This document shows positions 50,838 to 63,195 of a stretch of 64,000 nucleotides of DNA, in pieces. Numbering within the stretch: the stretch's first letter is position 1; the number at the start of each line of letters is the position of its first letter. The notes beneath the pieces were generated by a model that was not told the origin of the DNA, searched no databases, and saw only the letters and a program-made list of their open reading frames with translations. The position numbers and the translations under genes were made by a program. Source of the DNA: Gigantopelta aegis (Eukaryota). The stretch covers positions 67,160,366 to 67,224,365 of the forward strand of contig NC_054701.1 in assembly GCF_016097555.1 (NCBI RefSeq), given 5' to 3'.

Positions 50838-51250
50838 CACACAAGTCAAGTTTCGCGGGTTTGGTCACCACGTGCTCGATGAATAGGGTTTCAAAAATAG
50901 CTTCGCGTATTTGCCCCACTGTACACAGCCACAGTTTCGTAGATGTTTTAGAAAGATAAATGGATGATGATTGTATTAATACCCAATGTATCGCGATTTT
51001 TACAAATAGTTTTGTTATAATAACGATTTAAACTATTTTTTAATTTATAAAAACTAATTACTATAATTTAAAAAAATGAAAATTATGCGTATTTAGTACG
51101 AAAATAAAGAAGAAGCTCTGCTCTGTACAGTGCTATTTTTAGATTTTTTCTCGGTTGAATAGGGAAAATGCTAGAGGCTATTGAATGCACTCGCAACTTT
51201 TAGGATAGTCAAATCTCAACGGGCGGTGTGAAACAAAAGGCTTGAAGACG
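50838..51250 (-). promoter_or_regulatory. Putative promoter region of the nested antisense gene (E-box CACGTG about 35 bp upstream of the ATG, CpG cluster cgcgggtttggtcaccacgtgctcgatg)
   Basis: Inferred from position only; no TATA box was identified with confidence. Confidence 0.2.
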
Positions 51251-52080
51251 TGTGATACATGGTCTTTTTCAAACACAATATATCACATATATATTGCATT
51301 AACTAACAAATAAGAAATACAACATAAAAGAGCAATAATGCATGTACATTACAGTATATAATTTATTCCAGTAAGTACTTTACAAACCAAGATATAAGCA
51401 ATTAAAAATGGTCTATTTATTGTAATTTAACCAGGGCCACAGGGTTTACAGTGCTGTTGCTGGTACCTACTGATAGTTTATCAATTCAATTAGATTAGGT
51501 CAGATACCCCAAACTATAAATTGGTAAAGATACATGTACTATATTTTGATTTTGAATAATTAAAAATTTATACCAGCATAGCCTCTTTACATGGGCAATC
51601 AGTATGTAAACATATAATAAATACTCAGTGTATTAAGTAAGATTTCTTTTCAATGTGAAATAATTTTCATTTGTCACAAGCTTCATTAGTGACATAAATT
51701 TAATATTAAAAAAAAGTAGTAAGTTAAATACATCCTATTTTGTTCTTGGTAATTGGGTCACAAACAAATATGCCCCAGTGAATTAGTACATGGAATGGAA
51801 ACTTAACATGAAGGATGAAATCCTATCGTAGTCATAACCAGTTACTATGAGACGTAATTTAGATAGAAACGGGTATTTGAAACTCATATTTTTATGCAAA
51901 GTGGCTACAGCTTTTTGTCTGTGGCTAATAAAATATCCCTAAAATTAACCCCATTTTAAAAAATTTTAAGGAATTATTCAGTATATCTGAAAATAGACAA
52001 AAGCAAAATTTGTTTCTGTGTGAGCCCTTAAACTATGAATAAAAATATTATTTCAAGTATATTGTTTTCTTTGCTTTCAG

Positions 52081-52274
52081 GTAGTAGATGCCCCTTGCCC
52101 AGAGTTGGGCTCAGCTTTGTATTCTGGTTCGAAAAAAGCGAACTACAATCATTTGCTTAACTTCACATTTGCCGAGAGGGAGAGTGGACAGAGAGGGTAC
52201 TCTCATGGAGGAGGTCGGAAACAGCACTACAGTGGTAGAGTCCGATACAACAAGGAATGTTTTCTGCAAGCAAA
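52081..52274 (+). CDS. RNF10: RNF10 coding exon 3 (VVDAPCPELGSALYSGSKKANYNHLLNFTFAERESGQ...RYNKECFLQA)
   Basis: Acceptor ctttgctttcag| and donor AA|GTGAGG. It carries the conserved RNF10 motif 'NHLLNFTF...', compared with 'KECFLQAN' in human 'KKINLNHLLNFTFEPRG...NKELFLQANCQFVV'. Confidence 0.9.
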
Positions 52275-52850
52275 GTGAGGACAGCTTTATATACTAATAA
52301 AAAGGAAACTGACAGATTCTGTGTACTGGTCATATTAAGATCTGTACTTGATTTTGTTCCATATCAAGCACTTAATTGTATTATACACTTAATTATTACT
52401 ATGATGATTGCTACTGATACGCAAGTTCATAATTACAAAAAAAGCTTCATGAAGGTCAGAAATAACTCCATACAGCATTTTCAAAAAAAATTGGATCCTA
52501 TGTATTTATTGTTGACTGCATTTCTGATGTAGCCATAAAAATATAGGAGGAAACTACTAAATGGCACACTCGGTTGATTGTATAATAATTGTAGAATTGA
52601 GTATATACAAAATTATATTGGGACAATTTTAAAAAGCTGCCTTAAAAAGTGATATTAAATGGTTAGTTCGCTTATGCAGTTGTTTAATATATTGAAAAAT
52701 ATGTGCATCATGTTTATTAAAAAAATTTCAAAGTCCATTTACATGATGTATACTATTATATCTGCAGATCAATAGAACATCTTACTTATCTTTTTACATA
52801 CATCTTTTGAATGTTTTGTATTGCTGTACAGTGATTGTTTATATTTTCAG

Positions 52851-52941
52851 CTATCAGTTTGTGGTGCATGATTTAGGTGACTATGTTGTTCATTCAATCG
52901 ATGCCGACAAGCTTGTGGACTGGGATCTGGTGGAGCAAGTT
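52851..52941 (+). CDS. RNF10: RNF10 coding exon 4 ((N)YQFVVHDLGDYVVHSIDADKLVDWDLVEQV)
   Basis: Acceptor atattttcag| and donor GTT|GTAAGT. It matches human '[30 protein letters not shown]'. Confidence 0.9.
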
Positions 52942-53782
52942 GTAAGTTTACTTTGTTCACATTCACTTTTATTTAGTGTCTTGAGAAGGGTATTGTAAGC
53001 ATTTGTGCATGTCACTGTGAAGTTAACATTTCGTCGGCGAAATGACAAATGGTCACAACTACACTTTTGGCGAGAAATCACTTTTTGGAATTTCCAGAGT
53101 TAGAATGTTCATATTCTGCTTTTGTCAAAAGATCGTAACTATCGGCCTATTAGAAAGTGGTTGACTGTCACATGACAAATAGTCGTATTATAACTGGTCC
53201 AAGAAACAAAATGACAAAACAACGTATCTACAAAGCGGAAAGCTAGAGAGTGGACATGACGCTCAGCATTGCATTATGTTCACACATTACATGGATTACA
53301 TGTAAATAAAACCAGTTAATTACACATGTATGTGTATTTAATCTATGGATAGATCTTACCTCATTCCTTCAACCTGTGTTAAATTCTAGATCAAAATGTC
53401 GTAACTGATATTTTCAATGACATTTCAGGTGTAAAATGTAAGTACATTTGTAGACCTGACACATAGGGTAAAACGTCCTAATTTGGGACGTAGCCGTAAC
53501 TATGGTACACCCACTATTAAGTAGTTGTCACGATTAGCTGTTAATATGTTCGCATAACAAAGACTATAACAAAATAACGTATTTTTCCTAAAATATTCAG
53601 TTTTTTTGCTCTCCTGTAAAATTTTGGGAGAGTCACTTGCGCTTCTGACATTTAGTTACATGGCTCATAATAGTGCCCAGCGAAAAGCAGTCCATTGTTT
53701 AAACCTAGCGAGTGAAATAAATATTCACTTGCTAAAACTACCCAAAAATTGTGAAGGTAGTTTTTCAAGAGACGTATAAATG

Positions 53783-53926
53783 TACGCATGATTTTCTCAT
53801 CTGCTATTTAGCCCAAGAGTTTGTTATATTTTAATTCCAAAATGCTCTAAAATTTGCGTATGATTTTCTCATCTGCTATTTAGCCCAAGATTCTGTTGTA
53901 TTTTAATTCCAAAATGCTCTAAAATA
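53783..53926. repeat. Direct duplication of ~70 bp in RNF10 intron 4 (…gattttctcatctgctatttagcccaaga(g/t)t(t/c)tgtt(a/g)tattttaattccaaaatgctctaaaat)
   Basis: Two adjacent near-identical copies. Confidence 0.85.
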
Positions 53927-54351
53927 TATCTAGGAGGTCCTAGTTTTTCAAACACAATCTCCAAACCACAATGTTACGTGCTATCTTATTTCCAACAGGA
54001 CATATTTATTCTTAGCAGGACATATTTCTGTTGGCCTACTATTTTGAAAACATAACAGCAGGTCATGTTTTACTTCCTATTTCGAAGCCTGAATTTAACT
54101 GTTGTGGTCAACGAAGTCCAGAATGTCATCCATTCTTTAATATGCAAGCCCAGAATTGACTTACGAAACAAAGCAGGAATAATATATATAAAAATCTTTA
54201 AAAATGGGGAATTTTTACAAATATAATTACTGAATTTTGCAATCCCATTTTCCTATGATCATGAAAACACTTCCCCTCTACCTATCTAATCTCTGTGATT
54301 GTTGATTTGTAACAAGATTATTATTAAAAATGTTTGTGTTTTTATTTTTAG

Positions 54352-54409
54352 AGGACTGCTAGTTCAGAAACTCCTTCATGCCCAATTTGCTTACAAATAC
54401 CACAAGCAG
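54352..54409 (+). CDS. RNF10: RNF10 coding exon 5 (RTASSETPSCPICLQIPQA-; start of RING finger)
   Basis: Acceptor tttattttag| and donor G|GTAATA. It matches human 'RICSHEVPSCPICLYPPTA'. Confidence 0.9.
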
Positions 54410-54899
54410 GTAATAGCTTTACTGGGGGTTTTAATTACAAAGGGTTATCCATTGTCATTGGGGGATACATGATTTGTTGATAGATGTGCTATAGGTGTAA
54501 CTTTTTCAACAGTAGTGTCGACTTTTGCATTTAACTCAGTTTCTTAGAAACTTGAAATTGAATATCAACAAATAAATTATTATTGTTTAAATTGGGTCAA
54601 AAGAGGTTTGTTCGTCTGAATGCATGTTAAAAATTAAAAGATACATTTCATTACAAACTTTGTAAAATAAGATTAGATTAATCTTGAATATTACAAGTGG
54701 AATAAAACATTAAAAATTATTTTTTTAAGTTTGGTGTAGCAATTTTTATGTGCTAATCAGTACATACCAATTACGTTTATAATAGGTAAGAGACTTAATT
54801 CTGCAGAATGTTGTTTTTTAAATACTTTTACATCATAAATTTTGAGTACAGCCTGAATTATGTGGATTCTTCTATTCATGTGTTTTGGTGACCTTTCAG

Positions 54900-55026
54900 C
54901 CAAGATAACCCGCTGCGGTCACATCTATTGCTGGGCATGCATTCTCCATTACTTGGCGCTAGGTGAGAAGACTTGGAGAAAATGTCCAATTTGCTACGAA
55001 GCGGTCCATATCAAGGATTTAAAGAG
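54900..55026 (+). CDS. RNF10: RNF10 coding exon 6 ([42 protein letters not shown]-; C3HC4 RING)
   Basis: Acceptor acctttcag| and donor AG|GTATGG. It is near-identical to human '[33 protein letters not shown]'. Confidence 0.92.
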
Positions 55027-55639
55027 GTATGGAAATTAGATGTTGATTTTCATTTTTCATTTTTTTTCCCTCCAAAAATGACTACAAATGGGATATTTGG
55101 GAGACCATCTTTTGCTGTACTTGCCCATAAGTAACAAATATTCGAATTTGTCAAAATTGATAGCTTTAACCAGGAGTTAGTAAAGTGTAATTTAATGGTA
55201 AAAAGTGTAATAGCCCTGATTAGTTTTGATACAGTATCATTTTGGTTATTTTCTGCATAAAAAGGGTTTTGTTTTTGGGTGGAGTGGGATAGGTACGCAA
55301 GGGTTAATACTTCAAACTGATGATTACAGTAAATATTCTTAACTCTTTCTAATTCATTAACTGTAGTTAAGATGCACAGTACTACAATCAATATCTATTC
55401 TTGAGTATAATCGAGTCGTGATTCGATCTTCATAAACAGGGCTGTCAACAATTCACACGAGTTAGCTATGTTGATACTCTGTATATTTTTTATTGTTAAG
55501 TTATCACAGTATTGAAACAATCAGTCTAAAAAATTTTTAAACATTGATAACAATGAGCACCCCAGTTTTATTTGTAAAAAAATAAAAAAATAAAAAATAT
55601 TTTTTACTGACAATCATAAGCTTCCAAGTGTATTTCCAG

Positions 55640-56830
55640 AATTCGACAAATCCGCTAGCCCGACGCCCGTGGCTAGTGGTTTTTAAGTTCGGGCTAGTGA
55701 GAAACGCAAAACCACTAGCCCCTGCGGGCTAGTGGTTTCCCCCCTCCTCTCGTCATCGCTCGATCGTGGGTTTTTTTTTTTTCTTTCTTTCTTTTTCTCT
55801 CGGCTGAAATTTCGTTTAATAAATTTGATTGTGACGTTTGTCATCGAATAATATCAACAACGCAATCAGTATAGACTAATAATCCACTTGAGCTAGGTCT
55901 GCAAACTGCAGTAACATGCTATCTCTACATCGTCACAGTTACAGCATGCATTGTTTACCTTTCCCTTTCAAGTTTCTGGCACAGGAAATAAAGTCTAATG
56001 ACATGCGTGTTTTGATTGGTTAGACACGTCACGTGGTAGTTAATCTCGCACATATGTTTTAGGCTAAGAACTTGGAAATCACCAATCGCGACGACAGGTT
56101 AATCTCAATCAAGTAAACCCCAGCCATGCTTTGAATTTCAGTGTTTGTTTTATTTACCTATTGTTTTCTAATTTAACACTTCGCTGACATGTGGTTATCG
56201 GCAATCAGGAAAACAATTTACTTTAATGGTAACCGCACATGCACTGACTCGGCTTGGCCTATTACGTGTAGCGGTTTGGATAATACGTCACAGCTGCCGA
56301 TACAAGATAGTACCTTTTTTGTTCATCAATTAACAACGGATTAGATGTCGCCGTTATATTCGTTTGATATCGGTCTGACACGGGATAATGCCCTGTATTT
56401 GGCATTACCGTTCCTGGCAACATAAATAGTAGGCCCTAAATATATAACCCAACTACCAAATACACTGAACCATCTATTACCGTGTGTCACACTGTCGTAT
56501 CCTCATTTAAATTTAATTATTTTGATAGTGTGTTTAGATACCAACCAAGAGTTTGCTCAATAATTTTTCCCCGGAGGGAGGGCAAAAACGAAAACGGGAC
56601 AATGACGATGGATCACACTTGACAAAATACAAAACGTACGACACAACAAAAAACTGAAAGTTACAACATGATTTAAGTGTTTGTTTTATTTTACTGTTAT
56701 ACTCGTAAATGTGTAATGTTACAAAAATTATATAAAAATCCAGTTATAATTGATCAGGAATTTGGGCTAGTTCTTTATCTTGGTGGGCTAGTGGTTTTCA
56801 CAAACCCACTAGCCCTGTGGCTAGTGACTT
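55640..56830. other. ~1.2-kb segment in RNF10 intron 6 bounded at both ends by clusters of the palindromic module gggctagtgg/ccactagccc. Each end can form a 10-bp-stem hairpin. It is a possible non-autonomous element.
   Basis: Left end at 55651..55740 and right end at 56763..56835, with the modules in the same orientation at both ends. Confidence 0.4.
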
Positions 56831-56912
56831 TTCAAAATATTTGTCATACTCTGGTATTTCATGCTTTTAGTTTTTTAATACTGATTATCATCTATTTTTT
56901 TATTTGTTTTAG

Positions 56913-57052
56913 TGTACTGACTAAAACTGTTCATCAGTACCGACCTGGTGAGGAAATAACCATGAAATTGATGAAGAGAGAGAAAGGAACTACCTACTCT
57001 GTGCCAAAATCCCAGTGGGACAAGCGGGATGGCAAGCCGCATAGTGTTGAAG
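56913..57052 (+). CDS. RNF10: RNF10 coding exon 7 (SVLTKTVHQYRPGEEITMKLMKREKGTTYSVPKSQWDKRDGKPHSVE)
   Basis: Acceptor atttgttttag| and donor G|GTAAAA. It matches human '[26 protein letters not shown]'. Confidence 0.9.
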
Positions 57053-57254
57053 GTAAAATGTTACACTGGACAAACTCTGTATATGTCAGTAAGGAACAGC
57101 ATGTTTATCTCTTTTAAAAATAAAACTGCAAAAACAACAGATTTGAAGCTCACGGTGCTGTCATAATTCCATTGTGCATACACATATGAAGTGGGTATAA
57201 AATTTAATAGTATAAATATTGTATAGAATTGTCAGTCTGTTTGGATATTTTAAG

Positions 57255-57535
57255 GGCGGCATTTAGCTCAGTCGGTTGAGTGCTTGTTTGATGTGTTTGC
57301 GTAGCAGGATTGAACCACCTCTGTGAATCCATTGACCTGATTGTTTTTTTCTCTTTCCAACCAGTGAACCACAACTGGTCAAAGGTCTTGGTACATGCTT
57401 TGCTGTTTGTGAGAAAGTGCATATAAAAGATCGCTTGCTGCATTAGGAAAAATATAGAAAATGTTTAACATCCAATTAATTAATGTGCTCTGTTGGTGTT
57501 GTTAAACAAAACAAACCTTTAGATAGTTTGTAAAT
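57255..57535 (+). mobile_element. SINE subfamily B2 in RNF10 intron 7
   Basis: ggcggcatttagctcagtcggttgagtgcttgtttgatgtgtttgcgtagcaggattgaaccacc … aatgtgctctgttggtgttgttaaacaaaacaaacc. Confidence 0.8.
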
Positions 57536-57590
57536 TCTTTTGACAATAGTTGAGTCTTGTTACTACGTAAGTGTGCTTTGTGTATTGTAG

Positions 57591-57748
57591 ATGGTGACAA
57601 CACAAAATATATGAAGATACTGATTGCATCTGTAAATGAGATACAGGCCCTTATCATTGAGCCTGAGAAAAAGTGCTTACAACATCAGCTAAAGGAAGCC
57701 GAGACATCTGAAGTTTGTTTTATTGAAGGAGCTTTGACAATGCTCAAG
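57591..57748 (+). CDS. RNF10: RNF10 coding exon 8 (DGDNTKYMKILIASVNEIQALIIEPEKKCLQHQLKEAETSEVCFIEGALTMLK)
   Basis: Acceptor tgtattgtag| and donor AAG|GTACTT. It matches human '...[48 protein letters not shown]'. Confidence 0.88.
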
Positions 57749-58152
57749 GTACTTATGTCATCTGATGGTATCATTTATTCATAATGAAAAAGACTTTTAA
57801 TGTTTGAACTAAATAGATATTGTAGAATAATTTATAGTGTCTGCCATTGTGGCCTTTTCCAGTCTTATCATTTCATTTGGTTACAAAATATTTATTGGTT
57901 ACAGATGCTAAATGCCACGAGTGAGACCTTTATGCACATTGTAATGATTATGACATAGTTCTGTGGAAACAAAATGTAATTGAAAGTTAATTTTCTTATA
58001 CTTTTTCAATTATCTTAACACATAACCTGAATGAATGTTTATGAACAATATTATTTAAATTAATTTTTGTTTACATCAGATGATAACAATGTCTTCGATA
58101 TATATAATGAAATTGTCACACAAAACGATAATGAAGATTTTGATTGTTTTAG

Positions 58153-58314
58153 GAAAGGGAGGAAATTCTTTACGGATGTGCCAGCAGCTCAAACAAGACT
58201 GATAAGATGCTAGAGCAGAAACCTGACAAGGTGGCAGGAAAAAGCCCGGTCACAACTAGCCTTCCAGAGCGGATAAGCCCGGTTAAACCTGGGTTTTCCT
58301 GTGATGGAAGAAGG
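58153..58314 (+). CDS. RNF10: RNF10 coding exon 9 (EREEILYGCASSSNKTDKMLEQKPDKVAGKSPVTTSLPERISPVKPGFSCDGRR)
   Basis: Acceptor tgattgttttag| and donor AGG|GTACGT. It starts and ends in phase 0, and is a low-conservation linker region as in the human protein. Confidence 0.75.
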
Positions 58315-58404
58315 GTACGTTTATCTGTTGATTGAAAAATTCAGCAGGCTCCTAAAACCTTTTATAACCTTTTAGTTCTATTCTATTTTGTGCATCTGAG
58401 TTAA

Positions 58405-58700
58405 ATGGTCAATGTGCGGTGGGTCTAGGATCGATCGCCATCGATGGGCCTATTGGGGCTATTTCTCGTTCCAGCCATTGTACCACGACTGTTACATCAA
58501 AGGCCGTGGTATGTACTACCCTGTCTGTGGGATGGTGCATATAAAAGATACCTTGCTGTTAATCGAAAAGAGTAGCCCATGAAGCGGCGACAGTGGTTTT
58601 CCTCTCAATATCTGTGTGGTCCTTAACCATATGTCTGACGCCATATAACTGAATAAAATGTGTTGGGTGCGTTGTTAAATAAAACATTTCCTTCCTTCCT
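58405..58700 (+). mobile_element. SINE main family, tail-A, in RNF10 intron 9
   Basis: ggtcaatgtgcggtgggtctaggatcgatcgcc … gttaaataaaacatttccttccttcc. Confidence 0.85.
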
Positions 58701-60861
58701 GAGTTAAATGGGTGTGATGTAGCTTGATGACAGAACCCTTGCCTGGGGTGCGATTATTTGCAGCATGAATCATCCTCACTGGACATAGGTTCTCCCCCAC
58801 CCCCCCACCCCATCTCATCCATTCCATCATGTTGTGTTTATGCTGTCCTGCCTTTAGGATATGAGTACACTCATGTCACCTTAGTCTGCGCGGCACAAAA
58901 GTCTGCGCACGTTAATGACGTTACATTACGTCTCGAAACAAGTGTCGGGGTATGTTTGTAAACAAACAAACAACGTTAATTTAATTCACAAAACCGTTGT
59001 TAAAACAACACATCTTGATTGTGAATATATGTATAAAACTGGTTGATAACACTTTTATTGAAAAAAATGCACTAAAAGTATACATAATACTGTTGGCAGC
59101 CTCGATCAACGTGTTTTTCTATCACCTGTCAACAGTGCAACACGTGTCTGTCAACGTTGTAATGATCAACCTTCAACCTTGCATATCAACTTACATAAAT
59201 TTACATAGAAGCTTCAATACATACCTTATTGTAATTTATGAATCCATAAATCAAATGAATGTCTTATTTAATCTTAAAAACGTAAACATCCAAGCATACT
59301 TTGAATTTCCCTCTGAGTGACACAATGCAAAATGGCTGCACACTTTGAAGATTGCACTGACAGCATGGCCTATTTTAGCTATAGTCTGTTTCAAAATTAT
59401 CATTGATTGTCCTATATGTCTAACGAACACTATTTGTGCTCATTTACACGGTTAATAATAGAACATTTTTGTTGAATAATGATCAAATATTTTTACATTG
59501 TTTTTTTTTAATATTGTCATTTTGTGTTGTCCAAACTAAGGAGCATGGAACACCATTTATATTTATCTCATTTGCACAACGTAACTGTTTCTGAAACAGA
59601 CTATAACAGGAAGTGTTTGTTATTTAGAACTTATAAAAAGTCGGATCCATTGTTTGTTGCTGTTTTATGTAAACATTAGCGACAGAAGTGGTTGTTTTAA
59701 TGTTTGCTGCGCAGACTTATGTGCCGTCATGCAGGCAAGTAACTGCAGGGGGGTCCCACTAAAAATGCGCTCATTACTTGAGTTTAAAAAACATTAAAAT
59801 TAAAATAACTTTAGTTGTAATACGTTTATTGTTCCATTGTACTGTGGCAGTGAAATAAATATTTTTAAAGAAATATTTTAACTTTAAAATATAACACAAA
59901 TGCTTAGGTGTGCAGACTTAGGTGCCACCAGTGTAAGCCTAATTGGTGGCAGTGCGTTTTATCTTAACCTTTAGACTACTGGATTAATTTTTAACAAAAA
60001 TCACGTTGAGTGGGTACAAGTTTATAATTTTTACTCGCATATATTCACTTAAATGTTTGATAAATACATGAAATAAAGTTCATATATGAATCGGTAAGTA
60101 TTATTTTCGTGTCTTTTTTTTGTAATTTTTATTATTTTAGATTGGCTAATGGTGATTAAAATTAGGCAAAAAATAGAAAAAGTTGCGTTTACTTACGGGC
60201 ATTTGTGGCCAGCTCTGCAGTATTTATGTCCATTATTCCCGATAACTGGTTTTCTGACCAGATTTGTTTTTAAAACCCGAACTACAATTTATATTGCAAT
60301 ATTTGGTGATTTTCGTTGTTGGTAAAACGATCCAATTTATTATCAAATTAGCTGTTACAATCAGCTATCGATCCCTGAAAATGACCGCGACGTGCCGCCA
60401 TTGTTGTCAAGCGAAAATACTTGTCGAAAACTCAAAATTTCAAGGTATTTTCAATTGAAAAAAATCAAAACGAAAGCCACCATTTTGAAAAAAAATCTTT
60501 TTTCTTTTATTATATTTCCGTTTCCGGTGAGTGTCATGTGCAAAACGGCGGGAATTATGAATTGGGGAATGCACTATATACAGTTTACAGTATGTCGACT
60601 GACGTGACTTCGGGCAAGATATCTCGCCTGCAGTACTCAGAAGGTTAACTTTGACACCTCATTACCAATGTGTGTGTGTTTACTGGGGTGTCCTTGAACA
60701 TTATTAATATCCGTCTTGACCAAGTGTTGAAACGATATATTAGACACCAAATGCTTGTAGTTTAAAATGTTTTGCAGCATTGTTAAACATTCCTTTCATT
60801 TCTAACATGTTATCTTATTAGCTAAAAGGTTATTTAACAAAACGATGTCTGTTTTCTTTAG

Positions 60862-61279
60862 AAAATTATTGAGTATGCCTCGGCATTTTCTGATGAAGAG
60901 GTTTTTGATGATGAGAGAGAAGATAGTGAGAGTTTAAAAGCAAGTCCTTCGTGGTCGTCGGTTTCAGATCCAGAGATTTCCGAGTTGCTCGAGGATATTG
61001 TCATTGAAACTGACGAGTCTACTGTGGCTGTACCGATTCCAGTTGCGACTGGAAGTACGCCGACTCCAGTGATGTCTGCTGATCCCGCAGTCAGTGGTAA
61101 TCCCATGGGGTCACCAGAGAATCCGTTTGCGACATCCTCGATGCAACAGAATCTGACCGAAGACGATACCATGCCGACCGATGAAGCTGCTGCGTACCTT
61201 GAGTTGCCAACGGAAACCCCACCAAAATATGGCAACAAACGACAGAATGTTAGAAAGGATGCGTTCTATTACTATCAAG
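60862..61279 (+). CDS. RNF10: RNF10 coding exon 10 (KIIEYASAFSDEEVFDDE...acidic/Ser-Pro rich...KDAFYYYQ-)
   Basis: Acceptor gttttctttag| and donor G|GTTAGT. It matches human 'VLEYLSAFDEETTE' at the start and 'SSPCYYFYQ' at the end. Confidence 0.85.
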
Positions 61280-61657
61280 GTTAGTGTTATATTTGCCAAA
61301 ATTAACATCCCTTGACATGCTGTTTTTGTCTGAGCCGAAAAAAGTAAATCATTGGTTCTTATTAATTAAATCAATATCAGATTATTGAAAGAAGTAAATT
61401 GATTTGTAACAGAAACAGTTTAATGCATTGTAAACTGATGTAATGGGTAAATTGAATTAGGTGCAGAGGGAACAAGTTATTTTTATACGTGTTTCTAAAA
61501 ACATAAAACTTGTTTTGTTAAGAGGGGTGGTAGAGTTTTGCTAGGGGAAAATATTTTCTTTCCAATTTAACCACGTGAAAGTAGTATTGGATTTTTATTT
61601 TGTCTCTAAAATTATTAGATTCAGTATTTAAAAATTACTCATTATGTTTTTTAACAG

Positions 61658-61791
61658 CAAGTGATGGTCAACATATCTATATGCATGCACTAAATGCCCG
61701 GTGTATGGTTAGAGAATATGGAAGCCTTGAGGACTGTCCTAACACTGTGACTGCAACCATTGTGGCGATGGAGAGCATCTTCATGACCGAG
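61658..61791 (+). CDS. RNF10: RNF10 coding exon 11 ([45 protein letters not shown]); probable GC donor
   Basis: Acceptor ttttttaacag|. It matches human '[45 protein letters not shown]'. The donor best fitting the alignment is GAG|GCAAGT, a GC-AG intron. An alternative weak GT donor 9 nt downstream (AGT|GTATTT) would add 'AS'. Confidence 0.85.
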
Positions 61792-61824
61792 GCAAGTGTA
61801 TTTCACATTATTCAGGAGTTTTAA

Positions 61825-61995
61825 GTTTAAATCCAACCCGTGCTGTCTTGTCTTCAGGAAAGTGCATATAAAAGATTCTTTGTTGCTAATAAAAAATGTA
61901 GCATGTTTCCTCTGTCACAAATGTTTGATATCTTGTGGCCGGTGCTTAATTGGGCAATGGCTTCTAGTGATGATAACCAAAACAAACTCTTTTAA
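61825..61995 (+). mobile_element. SINE core/tail-B fragment in RNF10 intron 11
   Basis: aaagtgcatataaaagattctttgttgctaataaaaaatgtagcatgtttcctctg … aacaaactcttttaac. Confidence 0.6.
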
Positions 61996-62201
61996 CTTTA
62001 AATTTTAATGGTCTCAAATAATATTTTATCCAGCAGCTTAGATAATAAATTACTGTCTGTGGCATAAGTAGGACCTATTTCAACAGTCTGGCTAAAATCC
62101 TATAATTTGTTTAGTTGTATTTAAACCTTTTGCTTCTACCCTATATTATAAAAAGTAACACAATTGTTGACTGACATATATTTTTATTTTATGATTTCCA
62201 G

Positions 62202-62319
62202 GATTTGCGTAAGCGTCTTCGATATCTGAACCATCTACCTCTGACGTGCGAGTTTCAAGTTGTGGAGTTAGCTTTAAAACCACCTGTTGTATCCAAGGAC
62301 ACATTGAGAGCTTTTTCTG
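62202..62319 (+). CDS. RNF10: RNF10 coding exon 12 ([39 protein letters not shown]); GC donor
   Basis: Acceptor atgatttccag|. It matches human '[39 protein letters not shown]'. The only donor compatible with the frame is G|GCAAGT, a GC-AG intron. Confidence 0.85.
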
Positions 62320-62788
62320 GCAAGTCTTAAGTTTGGCCCTGTATGTCATCTGACATATCCAGAATAGTCTTATTTTGAAACCATATTCATCTATTTTTAT
62401 GATCTTTTTTCCATAATTTTTAAATTTATTATTGTTTTTGGCATCGAAAATCACACATTAGCCATTCTCACATTTGGTGACCTAGAAATTGCACAATTTT
62501 AACCATTCACACTGCAATTTAAGATGCTATAATTTACAAGTCAAAATTTATAGATTTGTCACAGCACACCCTCGTATATAACTTGTGTAGCACAAGACCT
62601 TGCTCAAGTTTGCACATAACAATAAATTGTTCATCCAGATTTTAAGTTTTGATTTACAATTTTACAAGAACTTAAAATGTTTTTCGGCATGTGTGGTTAT
62701 AATACACAACACTGACACTTCTATTGATTAAATTTTTTGAAAGATATATATATTTTTTCTAATTGGTGGTGTTTGGGTTTTTTTACAG

Positions 62789-62890
62789 ATGAAATAGAAA
62801 AACGTCACCGAATGAGACAAAAGAAAGTTAGAGATGAAAAAATAAGATCCAAGAGGATAGATGCAGAAGAAAAAGAGAAATTTGGATTGT
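62789..62890 (+). CDS. RNF10: RNF10 coding exon 13 (DEIEKRHRMRQKKVRDEKIRSKRIDAEEKEKFGL-)
   Basis: Acceptor gtttttttacag| and donor T|GTAAGA. It matches human 'DDIEKRKRQRQKKAREERRRERRIEIEENKKQG'. Confidence 0.85.
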
Positions 62891-63195
62891 GTAAGAATTA
62901 GTTCAGACAAATAATTTCATGTGTATTCATTATGTTCTTTTAATCTTTATGAAGTTGTATAGTATATTTGTAATACATGTTTTTAAATAATGAAATGAAC
63001 AATATTGTTGTAGTGCCAGTTGCAGTTCTTGCTTATTTTTATAGACCTGCAAAAAAAAAAATCAGTATTTGTATTGGCTAATTAAGAAATGGATATTTTT
63101 ATAATTGTTTTAGTAATGAATGATAATGATGATGGAATGACTCTGTTTCCCACCTGTATTCAATTTATGCTAAACTGTCATTGTGATCTGTGTAG

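Noticed and set aside
60858-61238. 126-aa minus-strand ORF
   Set aside because: It is a mirror ORF antisense to RNF10 exon 10, whose + strand frame is confirmed by homology and splice phase.
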